A stretch of 64,000 bases of DNA, from contig CAZALU010000001.1 of assembly GCA_964486075.1 (NCBI GenBank), positions 207 through 64,206 on the forward strand, in the 5' to 3' direction. Source of the stretch: an uncultured Verrucomicrobiota bacterium. Its GTDB lineage: Bacteria > Verrucomicrobiota > Kiritimatiellia > JAAZAB01. Below, piece by piece: positions 30,707-40,090 of the stretch (positions within the stretch are counted from its first letter, which is position 1; each line of letters begins with the position of its first letter). Position numbers and translations under genes: made by a program. Under the pieces are notes generated by a model that did no database searches, was not told where the DNA came from, and saw only the letters and a list, made by a program, of their open reading frames with translations.

Positions 30707-30753
30707 ATGCTCAATACTATAAATCGTTTTTATAAGATGGCGCCCATGAGGAG

Positions 30754-33027
30754 ATGCCGATCGGCATGGCAAACAAACGGATAGCTAAGATTTATCTGAT
30801 CCTGGCGGCAAGTGTCGCCTGTATCGTCGGGCTGGCCTGCTTGTTCTCGGAAAAAACAGCGCGGGGTGATGAAGGTGGAGACGTACGTCACCACGCCCGC
30901 AGCGGGCGCGGCGCTGTTGCGCGTGGCTCCGGGAAATTGTCTGTCGCGGCAAGGGCCAGTCAAGCGCGCGAAAATAGCGGACCCCAAGACGGATTTGCCA
31001 GCCTAAATTCAAAATCGCAATTGACCGACCCGCCCGGCGCGCTAGATGAGAGCACCGCGCTCGCTGCTAACCAGACGGATGAGGAAGCGCCCACCCCCGC
31101 AACGATCGCCATGCGCAAGGAAACGCTCATGCGGGAAAGATTCGGCGTCATCTTTCGGCAGGACAAATGGATACCGACGGCCGGCGGCGGCACAAACCTG
31201 GTCTACATTACAACCGGATCGCTTCCGCCGAGCCGAGTTGGCGAAGTTTATAACGTGCAATTCCAAGCTACGAGTGGTTTTCCGCCTTACCTGTGGCGCA
31301 TCGTGGATGGTGAGCTGCCGCCATCGTTCGCGTTTGACGGTCCTTCCGGCAAACTCAGCGGGACCGCGGTCGAGCCGATCACAGCCAATTTCTTCCTTGA
31401 GGTAACGGACAGCAAGGGCGCCAGGGATGTGGCGGAATATGTGCTGATAGTGCAGCCGGAACGAGCCCTTGAAATCGTGACCGAGAGTCTGCCCGCCGCT
31501 TTGCCCGGTACGAACTACTTTTGCCAGCTACAAGCGATCGGAGGGATTCCGCCGTATATTTGGAGCGGAGCGGGCAACCTCAACGAAATAGGGATCCTGG
31601 TGCTCGATTCGCAAACAGGACAAATTCACGGGGAGATTTCGGCTGCCATCCCGGAAGTTGATGTCCCGCTGATTTTTTGTTTGAGCGACGCGCAGCTGCG
31701 TATTTCCAAAGAACTAGTGCTGCATGTTGCCGCCACCCTGCGCATATTAGAAATTCAGCCAATATCCACTCATGTAGCGGATCAGTTCGAGCTAACGTTG
31801 CAGGCAACCGGCGGAGCGGAACCATATATTTGGGGCGTCAGCGGAACGCTCCCGCCCGGACTTGAGTTTTCCACGGATGGTTTATGCTCGGGTCAGCCGT
31901 CGGAGCCAGGCACTTACGAAATTAATATCTGGGCGCAGGACACAGCCGGCCTGTTTGATACCGTGCAGATCGCGCTGGAGGTCTTGCCGTCCCCCGACGC
32001 GGTATCGGACTTTGCAGCCCTACTGAGCCGTAACAGTGTGGCCCTGAATTGGAAACTGCCGGCAACGAGCGGAGATATCGGCGTTCTGATTGTGCGTGGC
32101 GCCGCGGCAACTCCGCTGACGCCATTGGACGGTGTCACGGTGTATCACGGATCCGAAACCTCGTGCCTTGATCGCGATGTGGGCAAGGGTCGCCACTACT
32201 ATGCCGCGTTTCTTGAAAAAAACGGAACGACAGTAACGTCAGCATCGCCGTCGATAATCTGCGCGTCGCTGCCGCCCGAAATAGATCCGTTCGCGGACAA
32301 AGTCGTCAGCAAGAATCTACTGCATCCCAATGCCTTCAGGGCGCTCGATCTGCCGCAGATTGTCCTTGGCGCTCCTCGCGGCAAGGGACTGGCGTGGGGA
32401 TCAACGGATGTGCTCTCATTGGGCGCTGCCATCAACGACGACGGCGGCGCAACGGCCCCCTACGGCGGCACGATCACGTTGGAGTTCGTGGATAACGCCG
32501 TTTGGGACGGACCGGGCGTTGACTTTACGATTTTTGAAAATGTTTTCTATATTTGCGATGCCTCCGATGTGCCGGATCCTGAAACCCGCTTCATGGAACC
32601 GGCCGTGGTATCCGTCAGCCAGGATGGGGTGAACTGGCGGCAATTCAAGTTTGATTTCTCGCCGCGTTACGACCCCGCCAGCGGCATCCTCAATCTCCGA
32701 CATCCCTATTGCTACAATTCCGGATTTGCCGGAGTTAATCCTGTCATGAGCAACGGCTACGATCCGGATCCCACGGACCCGGCTCTGTCGGGAGGCGACA
32801 GTTTCGATCTCGCGGATGTAGGGCTGGACTGGATTCGTTACGTGTGCATCCAGTCCACGGGCAGCCGTTGGTTGATTGATCATGACGGCGATCTCGTTTA
32901 TCACAACGAGGAAACCGATGCGGCAACGCGCAGTAACAACAAGTCGGGCTTCGATCTCGACGCCGTGACGGCGATATGGATGACGAAGTTGTCGGCGGCC
33001 GGTGACATCAACGGCAAGTGCCCATGA
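30754..33027 (+). CDS. Membrane-anchored surface protein: three putative Ig (He_PIG) domains, an FN3-like domain and a C-terminal 'cell-surface' domain
   Basis: N-terminal TM; repeats such as ITTGSLPPSRVGEVYNVQFQATSGFPPYLW; C-terminal SLG..GGTITLEF..DGPGVDFTIFEN..EPAVVSVSQDG..GGDSFDL..GFDLDAV. Confidence 0.8.
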   Translation: MPIGMANKRIAKIYLILAASVACIVGLACLFSEKTARGDEGGDVRHHARSGRGAVARGSGKLSVAARASQARENSGPQDGFASLNSKSQLTDPPGALDESTALAANQTDEEAPTPATIAMRKETLMRERFGVIFRQDKWIPTAGGGTNLVYITTGSLPPSRVGEVYNVQFQATSGFPPYLWRIVDGELPPSFAFDGPSGKLSGTAVEPITANFFLEVTDSKGARDVAEYVLIVQPERALEIVTESLPAALPGTNYFCQLQAIGGIPPYIWSGAGNLNEIGILVLDSQTGQIHGEISAAIPEVDVPLIFCLSDAQLRISKELVLHVAATLRILEIQPISTHVADQFELTLQATGGAEPYIWGVSGTLPPGLEFSTDGLCSGQPSEPGTYEINIWAQDTAGLFDTVQIALEVLPSPDAVSDFAALLSRNSVALNWKLPATSGDIGVLIVRGAAATPLTPLDGVTVYHGSETSCLDRDVGKGRHYYAAFLEKNGTTVTSASPSIICASLPPEIDPFADKVVSKNLLHPNAFRALDLPQIVLGAPRGKGLAWGSTDVLSLGAAINDDGGATAPYGGTITLEFVDNAVWDGPGVDFTIFENVFYICDASDVPDPETRFMEPAVVSVSQDGVNWRQFKFDFSPRYDPASGILNLRHPYCYNSGFAGVNPVMSNGYDPDPTDPALSGGDSFDLADVGLDWIRYVCIQSTGSRWLIDHDGDLVYHNEETDAATRSNNKSGFDLDAVTAIWMTKLSAAGDINGKCP

Positions 33028-33188
33028 CAAAAATTTATACCAAAGCTCGATCCGATCCGTAAAGGAGGTGCTGTAAATAGATTGTAAACTGCAAGTGTAC
33101 CCAGGGCAGTTCGCGAACATCGCATGCGCTGGCATTGCCGTGATCGGCTGCGACCTCTCGAAAAAAACCAAACACAGGAGCAAACACG

Positions 33189-34949
33189 ATGAAATCAAAG
33201 TTAAAGTTGGTGCTGGGCTTATGCCTGGTAACGTTCGCTACACAAACGTTCGCCATGGTCATAGGCGGTAGTAATTATTTAGTGCAAACATTTTACGAGA
33301 ACCCGCACGCAGGCGAAACGTTGGTGGCGTTTGACTGGGGTGACAATAACAACCTATACTACTCGACCGGGCGACCGGATTGGGGATTGGGATTATCCAT
33401 TTACCGGTACGATGGCGCCACGGCATTGAAGCTGTACACGGATGAGAACGCGTTCGCCGGAAGCCGTGTGACCGTGATCGGCGGCCGTATTTACTTCAAC
33501 GACGGCGGGACATATGACCGTTGGACTTGCGACTACTACCGCTATGACCCGGTGCACCCGTCCGCGCCGGTGAATATAGGCGTGCTGAGCGACATCAGTG
33601 GACTTGAGACGCGCACCGGAACCGATTTTTGGGCCGCAGGTGGCTGGAACGCCGCGATCTATTATAGTACTCTGAATGCGGATGGCGATCTGCTGAGCAA
33701 CCCGTTGGTGAATCTCGGCACGATCGGGAACGCAAGCGGTCCGATCGTTTTTGATAAGGATGGCAATCTCTACTACGTGGAAGGCTATGTCGCAGAGGGC
33801 AAGCCAACCGTGTACCGCTGGAGCGCCGCGGAAGTAGCCGCGGCCATCGCCGACCCCGCGGGTAATCCGTTGAGCCCGGACGGCCATACATGGGCGTCCC
33901 TGTCATCGGGCGATGGAGCCTCCGGCATGGTGGTGGACAACAAGGGGCACTTGGTGGTTACTGCGACGTCGTTCACTGATCCCAGCCAGTTACAGCGTCT
34001 GTTCGTGACCAACGGCATCTACGCAGGCTATGAGGTGCTGGCCCGTTCGGACGAGCGCCTGGAATCCGTCCGTTTGCGCGCCGGCAGAATCTACGTCAGT
34101 TCTTCCGCAGGAATATGCGCCGTTCTCCCCATGCAGGCGGATACCCACGTTATTAACGACTATGACTATGACGGCAAGTCTGACCTGGCGGTTTACCGGG
34201 CCGGCTATTGGTCCATCTATTCCCTGGAGAACGGCATTATCCTTAACAACGTTGGCGTTTGGGGAGAGTCGGATTCCATTGCGGTGCCGGGAGATTATGA
34301 CGGCGACGGCAAGGCTGATCTGGCGGTTTACCGGGCCGGCTATTGGTCCGTCTATTCCTTGACGAACGGTATTATCCTCGATAACGCCGGGATATGGGGC
34401 GAAGCGAACTCTATTCCGGTGCCGGGAGATTATGACGGCGATGGCAAGTCTGACCTGGCCTTGTATCGCGACGGCATTTGGTCCATCTACATGATGGGTA
34501 GCGGTGAGACCCTCTCCGGCCCCTTTGGCGAAGCGGGCTGCACGCCGGTGCCGGGGGATTATGACGGCGATGGCAAGGCCGACCTAGCCTTGTATCGCGA
34601 CGGCATTTGGTCCATCTACATGATGGGCAGCGGAGATATCCTCTCCGGCCCCTTTGGCGAAGCGGGCTGCACGCCGGTGCCGGGAGATTATGACGGCGAT
34701 GGCAAGTCTGACCTGGCCTTGTATCGCGACGGCATTTGGTCCATCTATATGATGGGTAGCGGTGAGACCCTCTCCGGCCCCTTCGGCGAAGCGGGCTGCA
34801 CGCCGGTGCCGGGGGATTATGACGGCGACGGCAAATCCGATCTGGCCTTGTATCGTGACGGTTATTGGGCCATCCGTTCCCTGAAGAGCGGCGTGATCCT
34901 CGACGCTGCCGGGGAGTGGGGCGGGCCAGACTCCGTTCCGGTTAAGTAG
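33189..34949 (+). CDS. Secreted protein with probable beta-propeller N-terminus and C-terminal FG-GAP-like repeats
   Basis: SD CAGGAG, signal peptide, blade-like motifs (IVFDKDGNLYYVE, MVVDNKGHLVVT), six DYDxDGKxDLA repeats. Confidence 0.8.
   Translation: MKSKLKLVLGLCLVTFATQTFAMVIGGSNYLVQTFYENPHAGETLVAFDWGDNNNLYYSTGRPDWGLGLSIYRYDGATALKLYTDENAFAGSRVTVIGGRIYFNDGGTYDRWTCDYYRYDPVHPSAPVNIGVLSDISGLETRTGTDFWAAGGWNAAIYYSTLNADGDLLSNPLVNLGTIGNASGPIVFDKDGNLYYVEGYVAEGKPTVYRWSAAEVAAAIADPAGNPLSPDGHTWASLSSGDGASGMVVDNKGHLVVTATSFTDPSQLQRLFVTNGIYAGYEVLARSDERLESVRLRAGRIYVSSSAGICAVLPMQADTHVINDYDYDGKSDLAVYRAGYWSIYSLENGIILNNVGVWGESDSIAVPGDYDGDGKADLAVYRAGYWSVYSLTNGIILDNAGIWGEANSIPVPGDYDGDGKSDLALYRDGIWSIYMMGSGETLSGPFGEAGCTPVPGDYDGDGKADLALYRDGIWSIYMMGSGDILSGPFGEAGCTPVPGDYDGDGKSDLALYRDGIWSIYMMGSGETLSGPFGEAGCTPVPGDYDGDGKSDLALYRDGYWAIRSLKSGVILDAAGEWGGPDSVPVK
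34426..34860 (+). repeat. Intragenic 129-bp (43-aa) tandem repeat, about 3.3 near-identical units
   Basis: GDYDGDGK(S/A)DLALYRDGIWSIYMMGSG(E/D)(T/I)LSGPFGEAGCTPVP at a 129-nt period. Confidence 0.9.
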
Positions 34950-35182
34950 CAATCAGGAGCTGAACAACAATAAGGTGTCCGCCAATTAGCGAATATTCCT
35001 TAACCCGATATTGAAGCAGTCACTCTTCGGACTGGATGGCGGATAAAGCAGGTGTTGCCGGCTTCGTAAAATATGTGCGGGCTCTCGCGGTCTATACGCG
35101 GGAGCTCGCCTTGAGGCCCAAGGGATAAGCGCTCCCGACGGCAGTGGTGTGTTTTTGTAAACTTATGCGGCGGTTAACCACT

Positions 35183-38104
35183 ATGTGTAACACATCAACT
35201 AATAGCGTTACGTTGCCGGCCAGGCGTGTCCATGTCATTGCCTGCGGCGTGCTCGCGCTGGATATCAATGCCATCGTGAAGCGGCTGGGTCTTGAGGTGA
35301 CCGTGACGTTTCTGCCGGGCGGCTTGCACAATAACCCTCGCGAATTGCAGACGCGTCTGCAACGCGCGGTGGACGATGCGTCCGCCAACGGCAGCAGCGA
35401 TCTGATCGCCATCGGCTATGGCGTGTGCGGACGTGGAACCGTAGGCCTGCGGGCGGGCGCCGTGCCGCTGGCCATTCCGCTGGTGCATGACTGCATCGCG
35501 CTCTTTCTGGGATCCGACCGGGCCTATAGCGAACAATTCGCCAAATATCCCGGCACCTACTATGTCTCCGCCGGCTGGGTCGATGAGAAAGTACGTCCAT
35601 GGAGTGCGCAGGAGCAGGAAACCGCCGAATGCCGCAGCCCCATCGAATACGATTTCGAACGGCTGGTGTGCCAGTATGGCCAGGAGCACGCGCAGGCCAT
35701 TCGGGAATTCGTCACCAGTTGGCATCGTAATTACCAGCGCGCCGCTTTCATTGACACTGGCGAACAGTCGGTCCGCCGCGCGCGCTACGCGGGCATGGCG
35801 CAGGCCATGGCCGCTGAATTCGGCTGGAAATACGAAGAAATCTCCGGCACACACGAGCTGCTGACGCAGTTGCTCACGACCCAGGAGTCCAGCGATAGCA
35901 TTCTAATCGTGCCGCCGGGGCATATGACGATCTACGATGGCGTACGTCGGCGGATGCGAGCAGTCCCCGTGCAGGAGTGCGCGGAAGCGCCGCCCGAGCC
36001 GACCCTGCTGGTGTATGACGAGCCGCCAAAGCGCGAGATTAAACCCCGGCAGGAAATGGTGCGCCTCGGGATGGGCATCGACGCCGGCGGAACCTACACG
36101 GACATCGTCATCTACGATTTTGAGAGCCGGTCCGTTCTGCAGAAGGCCAAAAGCCTCACGACGCCGTGGGATTATGCGATCGGGATCAATACCGCGCTTG
36201 ACCGGATCGATGGCAAACGATTCGCACAGGTTGACTTGATCTCTGTTTCCACAACTTTGGCCACCAATGCTATTGTGGAGGGGCGCGGCCAAAAAGTGGG
36301 ACTGCTGCTCATGCCGCCCTATGGCTGGCGCGACCCGGAAAATTTCACGCACAACCTGATCGCGCTCATCGCAGGGCAGCTCGCAATTGACGGCCGAGAA
36401 CTGGCGGCGGTTGATCCCGACCAGGTGCGGCGCTCCGTGCGCGATATGCTGGAGCGTCAGGGCGTCAAGGCCCTGGCCGTGGCGGGCTATGCCAGCCACG
36501 TCAATCCCTCCCACGAGATGCAAGTCAAGGCGGCAATCCGCCAGGTGACCGATTGCGTCGCGACCTGCGCGCATGAGGTCTGCGGGGGCATGGATTATCG
36601 CATTCGCGCCGAGACAGCCGTTCTCAACGCGCAGATTATTCCTTGTCTCGAAGCGTTTCTTGCCAAGCTGCAGAGCACCCTCCAGTGCCGCGGGCTGAAT
36701 GCGCCCGTTATGGTCGTTAAGAGCGACGGCTCCCTAATGAGCCTTGAGGCCGCGTGCCAACGCCCGATCGAGACGATTCTCTCCGGGCCCGCCGCCAGCG
36801 CGACCGGGGCCGGCTACCTCACAGGCCTGCCCGAGGCGATCATCGTTGACATCGGCGGCACAACGACCGACACGGCGACGATCCGCGGCGGGGCAGTCCG
36901 AACCTGTGCTGACGGCGCCACGGTGGGTCGATGGAAGACAAACGTCGAGGCCCTGGATATGCGCACGCTCGGTTTGGGAGGCGACAGCCAGATAGCCTGC
37001 GTCGAGGGCAAACTGCGAATTGGTCCGCAACGTGTAGCGTCGGTCGCGTGGCTTGCGAGCCAGCACCCGCGAACAGGCGAAGCGTTAATGTGGTTGGAGC
37101 ATCACCTGAACCACTTTATAGTGGCCACGCGGGGCATGGAGCTGCTGACCCTCACGCCATACAGGCACCGTCGCCTGCATGACCAATCGGAAAAGCGCGT
37201 TGTGGAAATTCTGAAGGAGCGCCCCTACTCGGTGGACGAATTGATCGAACGCACACAATGCATGGCCGAACATTTCCTGCCGTTGGGAGTGTTGGAGGAA
37301 GACCACATCATTCAGCGCTGCGGCCTGACGCCGACGGATCTGTTACATGCCGCCGGCCGGCTGGACCTGTGGGATGCCGATGCCTCGCGCCGACTGTGCG
37401 ATATGTACGCCTGCCTGATGCGCCTGGATCGGGCCCGTTTTATCGAACAGGGACAAGACCACTTCGTGCGTCTGTTGGCGCTTGAGCTGCTGAAGAAACA
37501 GCTTGCCGACGAGATTGACCCGGAGACGATTGAAACGTCGCCAGCCGCCATGGCCCTGATTGACAGGGCCTTGAGCGGGGAGAGCGACGGGTATAGCGTG
37601 CAAATCACGTTGAAGGCACCCGTGATCGGCATCGGCGCCCCGGCCCATTTCTTCCTGCCGGAGGCGGCGCGACTTTTGCGTGCCGAGGCCATCATTCCGG
37701 CTCACGCCGACGTCGCCAACGCCGTCGGCGCCATCACCAGTCTCGTGCGGATTCACCGCTCCGTAACAATTGCCGTTGATGAAAAGGGCCTCTACCGCTT
37801 GGAGGGCCTGCCGGAAACGCCCAGCTTCGGTAACATCGAGGCCGCGCAGGAGTTTGCCGTCGAACAATTGCGGAATATGGTTAAAAATCTAGGCCGCCAG
37901 GCAGGAACCGCCGCCTTGAAGGTAGAGGTTCGGATCAATGACCGCATGGGCTCACTGAAGGATGGTCAGCAGCTATTCCTTGGACGCACGGTGGCTGCCT
38001 GCCTGACCGGACGTCCGGCCTTGGCCCGCTTGGGCGCGACGCCTGATGCCGCGCCATCGGCATCTTTCCGACAAGGTGCGGATGATGGCACCGCAGGCGT
38101 TTAG
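35183..38104 (+). CDS. DUF1638 domain fused to a hydantoinase/oxoprolinase (ASKHA) domain
   Basis: N-terminus VIACGVL..GLHNNP..GYGVCG..HDCIALFLGS..GTYYVSAGW; C-terminus GIDAGGTYTD, TILSGPAAS, VDIGGTTTD, NAVGA. Confidence 0.85.
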   Translation: MCNTSTNSVTLPARRVHVIACGVLALDINAIVKRLGLEVTVTFLPGGLHNNPRELQTRLQRAVDDASANGSSDLIAIGYGVCGRGTVGLRAGAVPLAIPLVHDCIALFLGSDRAYSEQFAKYPGTYYVSAGWVDEKVRPWSAQEQETAECRSPIEYDFERLVCQYGQEHAQAIREFVTSWHRNYQRAAFIDTGEQSVRRARYAGMAQAMAAEFGWKYEEISGTHELLTQLLTTQESSDSILIVPPGHMTIYDGVRRRMRAVPVQECAEAPPEPTLLVYDEPPKREIKPRQEMVRLGMGIDAGGTYTDIVIYDFESRSVLQKAKSLTTPWDYAIGINTALDRIDGKRFAQVDLISVSTTLATNAIVEGRGQKVGLLLMPPYGWRDPENFTHNLIALIAGQLAIDGRELAAVDPDQVRRSVRDMLERQGVKALAVAGYASHVNPSHEMQVKAAIRQVTDCVATCAHEVCGGMDYRIRAETAVLNAQIIPCLEAFLAKLQSTLQCRGLNAPVMVVKSDGSLMSLEAACQRPIETILSGPAASATGAGYLTGLPEAIIVDIGGTTTDTATIRGGAVRTCADGATVGRWKTNVEALDMRTLGLGGDSQIACVEGKLRIGPQRVASVAWLASQHPRTGEALMWLEHHLNHFIVATRGMELLTLTPYRHRRLHDQSEKRVVEILKERPYSVDELIERTQCMAEHFLPLGVLEEDHIIQRCGLTPTDLLHAAGRLDLWDADASRRLCDMYACLMRLDRARFIEQGQDHFVRLLALELLKKQLADEIDPETIETSPAAMALIDRALSGESDGYSVQITLKAPVIGIGAPAHFFLPEAARLLRAEAIIPAHADVANAVGAITSLVRIHRSVTIAVDEKGLYRLEGLPETPSFGNIEAAQEFAVEQLRNMVKNLGRQAGTAALKVEVRINDRMGSLKDGQQLFLGRTVAACLTGRPALARLGATPDAAPSASFRQGADDGTAGV

Positions 38105-38255
38105 AGCGGAGGCGGGAAACCCTTTGGGCGTTCCCGCCCTACAATTCAGAATAAAGGTCGCTCCGTTGCAGGGCGATAAGCTTCAGAGCGGAGGCGGGAA
38201 ACCCTTTGGGCGTTCCCGCCCTACAATTCAGAATAAAGGTCGCTCCGTTGCAGGG
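38103..38255. repeat. Tandem duplication of a 71-bp REP-like hairpin unit (82-bp period)
   Basis: Identical units 38103-38173 and 38185-38255 containing GGCGGGAAACCCTTTGGGCGTTCCCGCC, between convergent genes. Confidence 0.9.
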
Positions 38256-38294
38256 GGCCTAATTGAATGTAGGCACATCAGCAGCACACAATTC

Positions 38295-39341
38295 TTAAAA
38301 AAATGCTTTAGCCAGCTTCAAAACGCCCTGGCGCCATGGCACGCGGTGCGTAACGCCTGACGATGCGTTGCTTATTCGATCAGCATGGGCTAGATACCAG
38401 CGGTAATTCCTGATTAAAGCTTCCCGGTTGGAATACTTTGGTTGAAAGCCCAGCTTCTTCTCCGCTTTCTCGATGGAGACGAAGGACTCCTTGCCGACTG
38501 TTTCGTAAATCCACTTATACAAAGGCGATAAGTGGGCCAGTTCCAGCAGACGTAGGGCCATAATCGTCGGGCGTTCCGGAAGCGATACGATCCGTTTTCC
38601 GTGTCCGGCTTCGTCAAGCACAGCCTGGAAATCCGAACGTGGCGTTCCAAATTCTTTTGCGCCGATATTGAATGTGTCGTTGATAATATTCTCTGGCATC
38701 GTGGCGCAGAGCCAGATCGCGTCACACAGGTCTGCCACGTCCAGATATTGATAAGGGTTGTTGCCCGGTCCAAGGATGGGGAAGTTATGTCCATCCCTGG
38801 CCCATTCATAGAGCATAGCGAACACCCCCAGCCGTTCCGGTCCGATAAACGATTTCGGGCGCAGGATCGGCAGGCACATTCCGTCCTGACGGCTTTTAGC
38901 GCAGATTGCCTCGGCCAGCACCTTCGCTTCGCCGTATGGGCCTACTCCTATGAGTTCGTCGGTTTCCATGAGTGGATGGTGGTCTGGAATGCCATAAACG
39001 GCTGTGGATGAAATATGGATAAAACGGGCAACTTTTTGACGCTTGGCCTCCTCAAGAACCATTTGGGTGCCTTCGACATCGATGGAATAAATATCGGCCG
39101 GTCTGCAAAGCGGCAAGGCGGCCGCGGCATGCACAACAATATTGGCCCCGTCCATGGCCTGCCGCACGTTCTCACGTTTACGGATATCGCCGCAGATCAC
39201 GCGCACTTGGGCGTTGACATCAGGATAGTCAAACGGAGAAACATCAAGCACCGTGACGTGTTGTTGTTTGGCCAGTAGGTGACGGACGATATTAATGCCG
39301 AGAAATCCGGCTCCACCGGTTACGAGGATTGATTGTTGCAC
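38295..39341 (-). CDS. NAD-dependent epimerase/dehydratase (extended SDR)
   Basis: [21 protein letters not shown] (YxxxK). Confidence 0.92.
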   Translation of the reverse strand: MQQSILVTGGAGFLGINIVRHLLAKQQHVTVLDVSPFDYPDVNAQVRVICGDIRKRENVRQAMDGANIVVHAAAALPLCRPADIYSIDVEGTQMVLEEAKRQKVARFIHISSTAVYGIPDHHPLMETDELIGVGPYGEAKVLAEAICAKSRQDGMCLPILRPKSFIGPERLGVFAMLYEWARDGHNFPILGPGNNPYQYLDVADLCDAIWLCATMPENIINDTFNIGAKEFGTPRSDFQAVLDEAGHGKRIVSLPERPTIMALRLLELAHLSPLYKWIYETVGKESFVSIEKAEKKLGFQPKYSNREALIRNYRWYLAHADRISNASSGVTHRVPWRQGVLKLAKAFF

Positions 39342-39403
39342 ACGTTCTCCTTATTCAGCCTTCAGGATGCGGATGGTTGCAGTCTTTCTGGATAGGTCTT
39401 ACG

Positions 39404-40090
39404 TTAACACCAATAGGATGCAATGCGCTCAGAATTAGAGGTGTTTTCAACGATTATTCCATTATCAAGTACGATAAAACGACGGCATACCCTGCGCGCG
39501 AAGTCAAGGTTATGAGTTGCCATCAGCAGTGTGGTGTTCAGGCCAATAAGCAATTCGGCTAGTTCTGCTCTGCCGACCGGATCCAGCGCCGCCGAGGGTT
39601 CGTCGAGCAACAACAGCGGCGGATCCGCAACCAGCACGCCGGCCAGGGCCACACGCTGCAGTTGTCCGTGTGAGAGACGATGGGGCGAATGCAAGGCCAG
39701 TTTGGCGATGCCAAGCTTCTCCATCATCGGCAAAGCTTTAGCGCGCGCTTCCGTGCGGGACAAACCCCGGCGTTCCAATGTGAAGGCAATATCGTCAATC
39801 ACGCTTGGAAACAGGATCTGATCATCGGGAATGCCGAACAAAAAGCCTGCCTGATCTCGAATCTGCCGTGTGGTTGCCTTAGATAGAGGGATATCGCACA
39901 CCGTAATTGCCCCATCAAACGGAACCAGGCCCACGGATGCATACAAGAGGGTGGTCTTGCCGGACCCGTTGAGACCCAGCAGGGCCACCCGCTCGCCCGG
40001 AGCGATAGCCAGCGAAATCCCATTAAGAACGGGCGCATCTTCCGGCCGATATCTCGCCGAGACGTTCTGAAAGGTTAGAGCAGAGTTCAT
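39404..40090 (-). CDS. ECF transporter ATPase (CbiO/EcfA)
   Basis: GLNGSGKTT, PDDQILFPSVIDDIAF, LSHGQLQRV, LLLDEP, ATH. Confidence 0.9.
   Translation of the reverse strand: MNSALTFQNVSARYRPEDAPVLNGISLAIAPGERVALLGLNGSGKTTLLYASVGLVPFDGAITVCDIPLSKATTRQIRDQAGFLFGIPDDQILFPSVIDDIAFTLERRGLSRTEARAKALPMMEKLGIAKLALHSPHRLSHGQLQRVALAGVLVADPPLLLLDEPSAALDPVGRAELAELLIGLNTTLLMATHNLDFARRVCRRFIVLDNGIIVENTSNSERIASYWC

Noticed and set aside
34426-34860. Near-identical repeats as a possible DGR template/variable pair or CRISPR
   Set aside because: In-frame protein repeats with no spacers, no adenine-specific variation and no reverse transcriptase in the window
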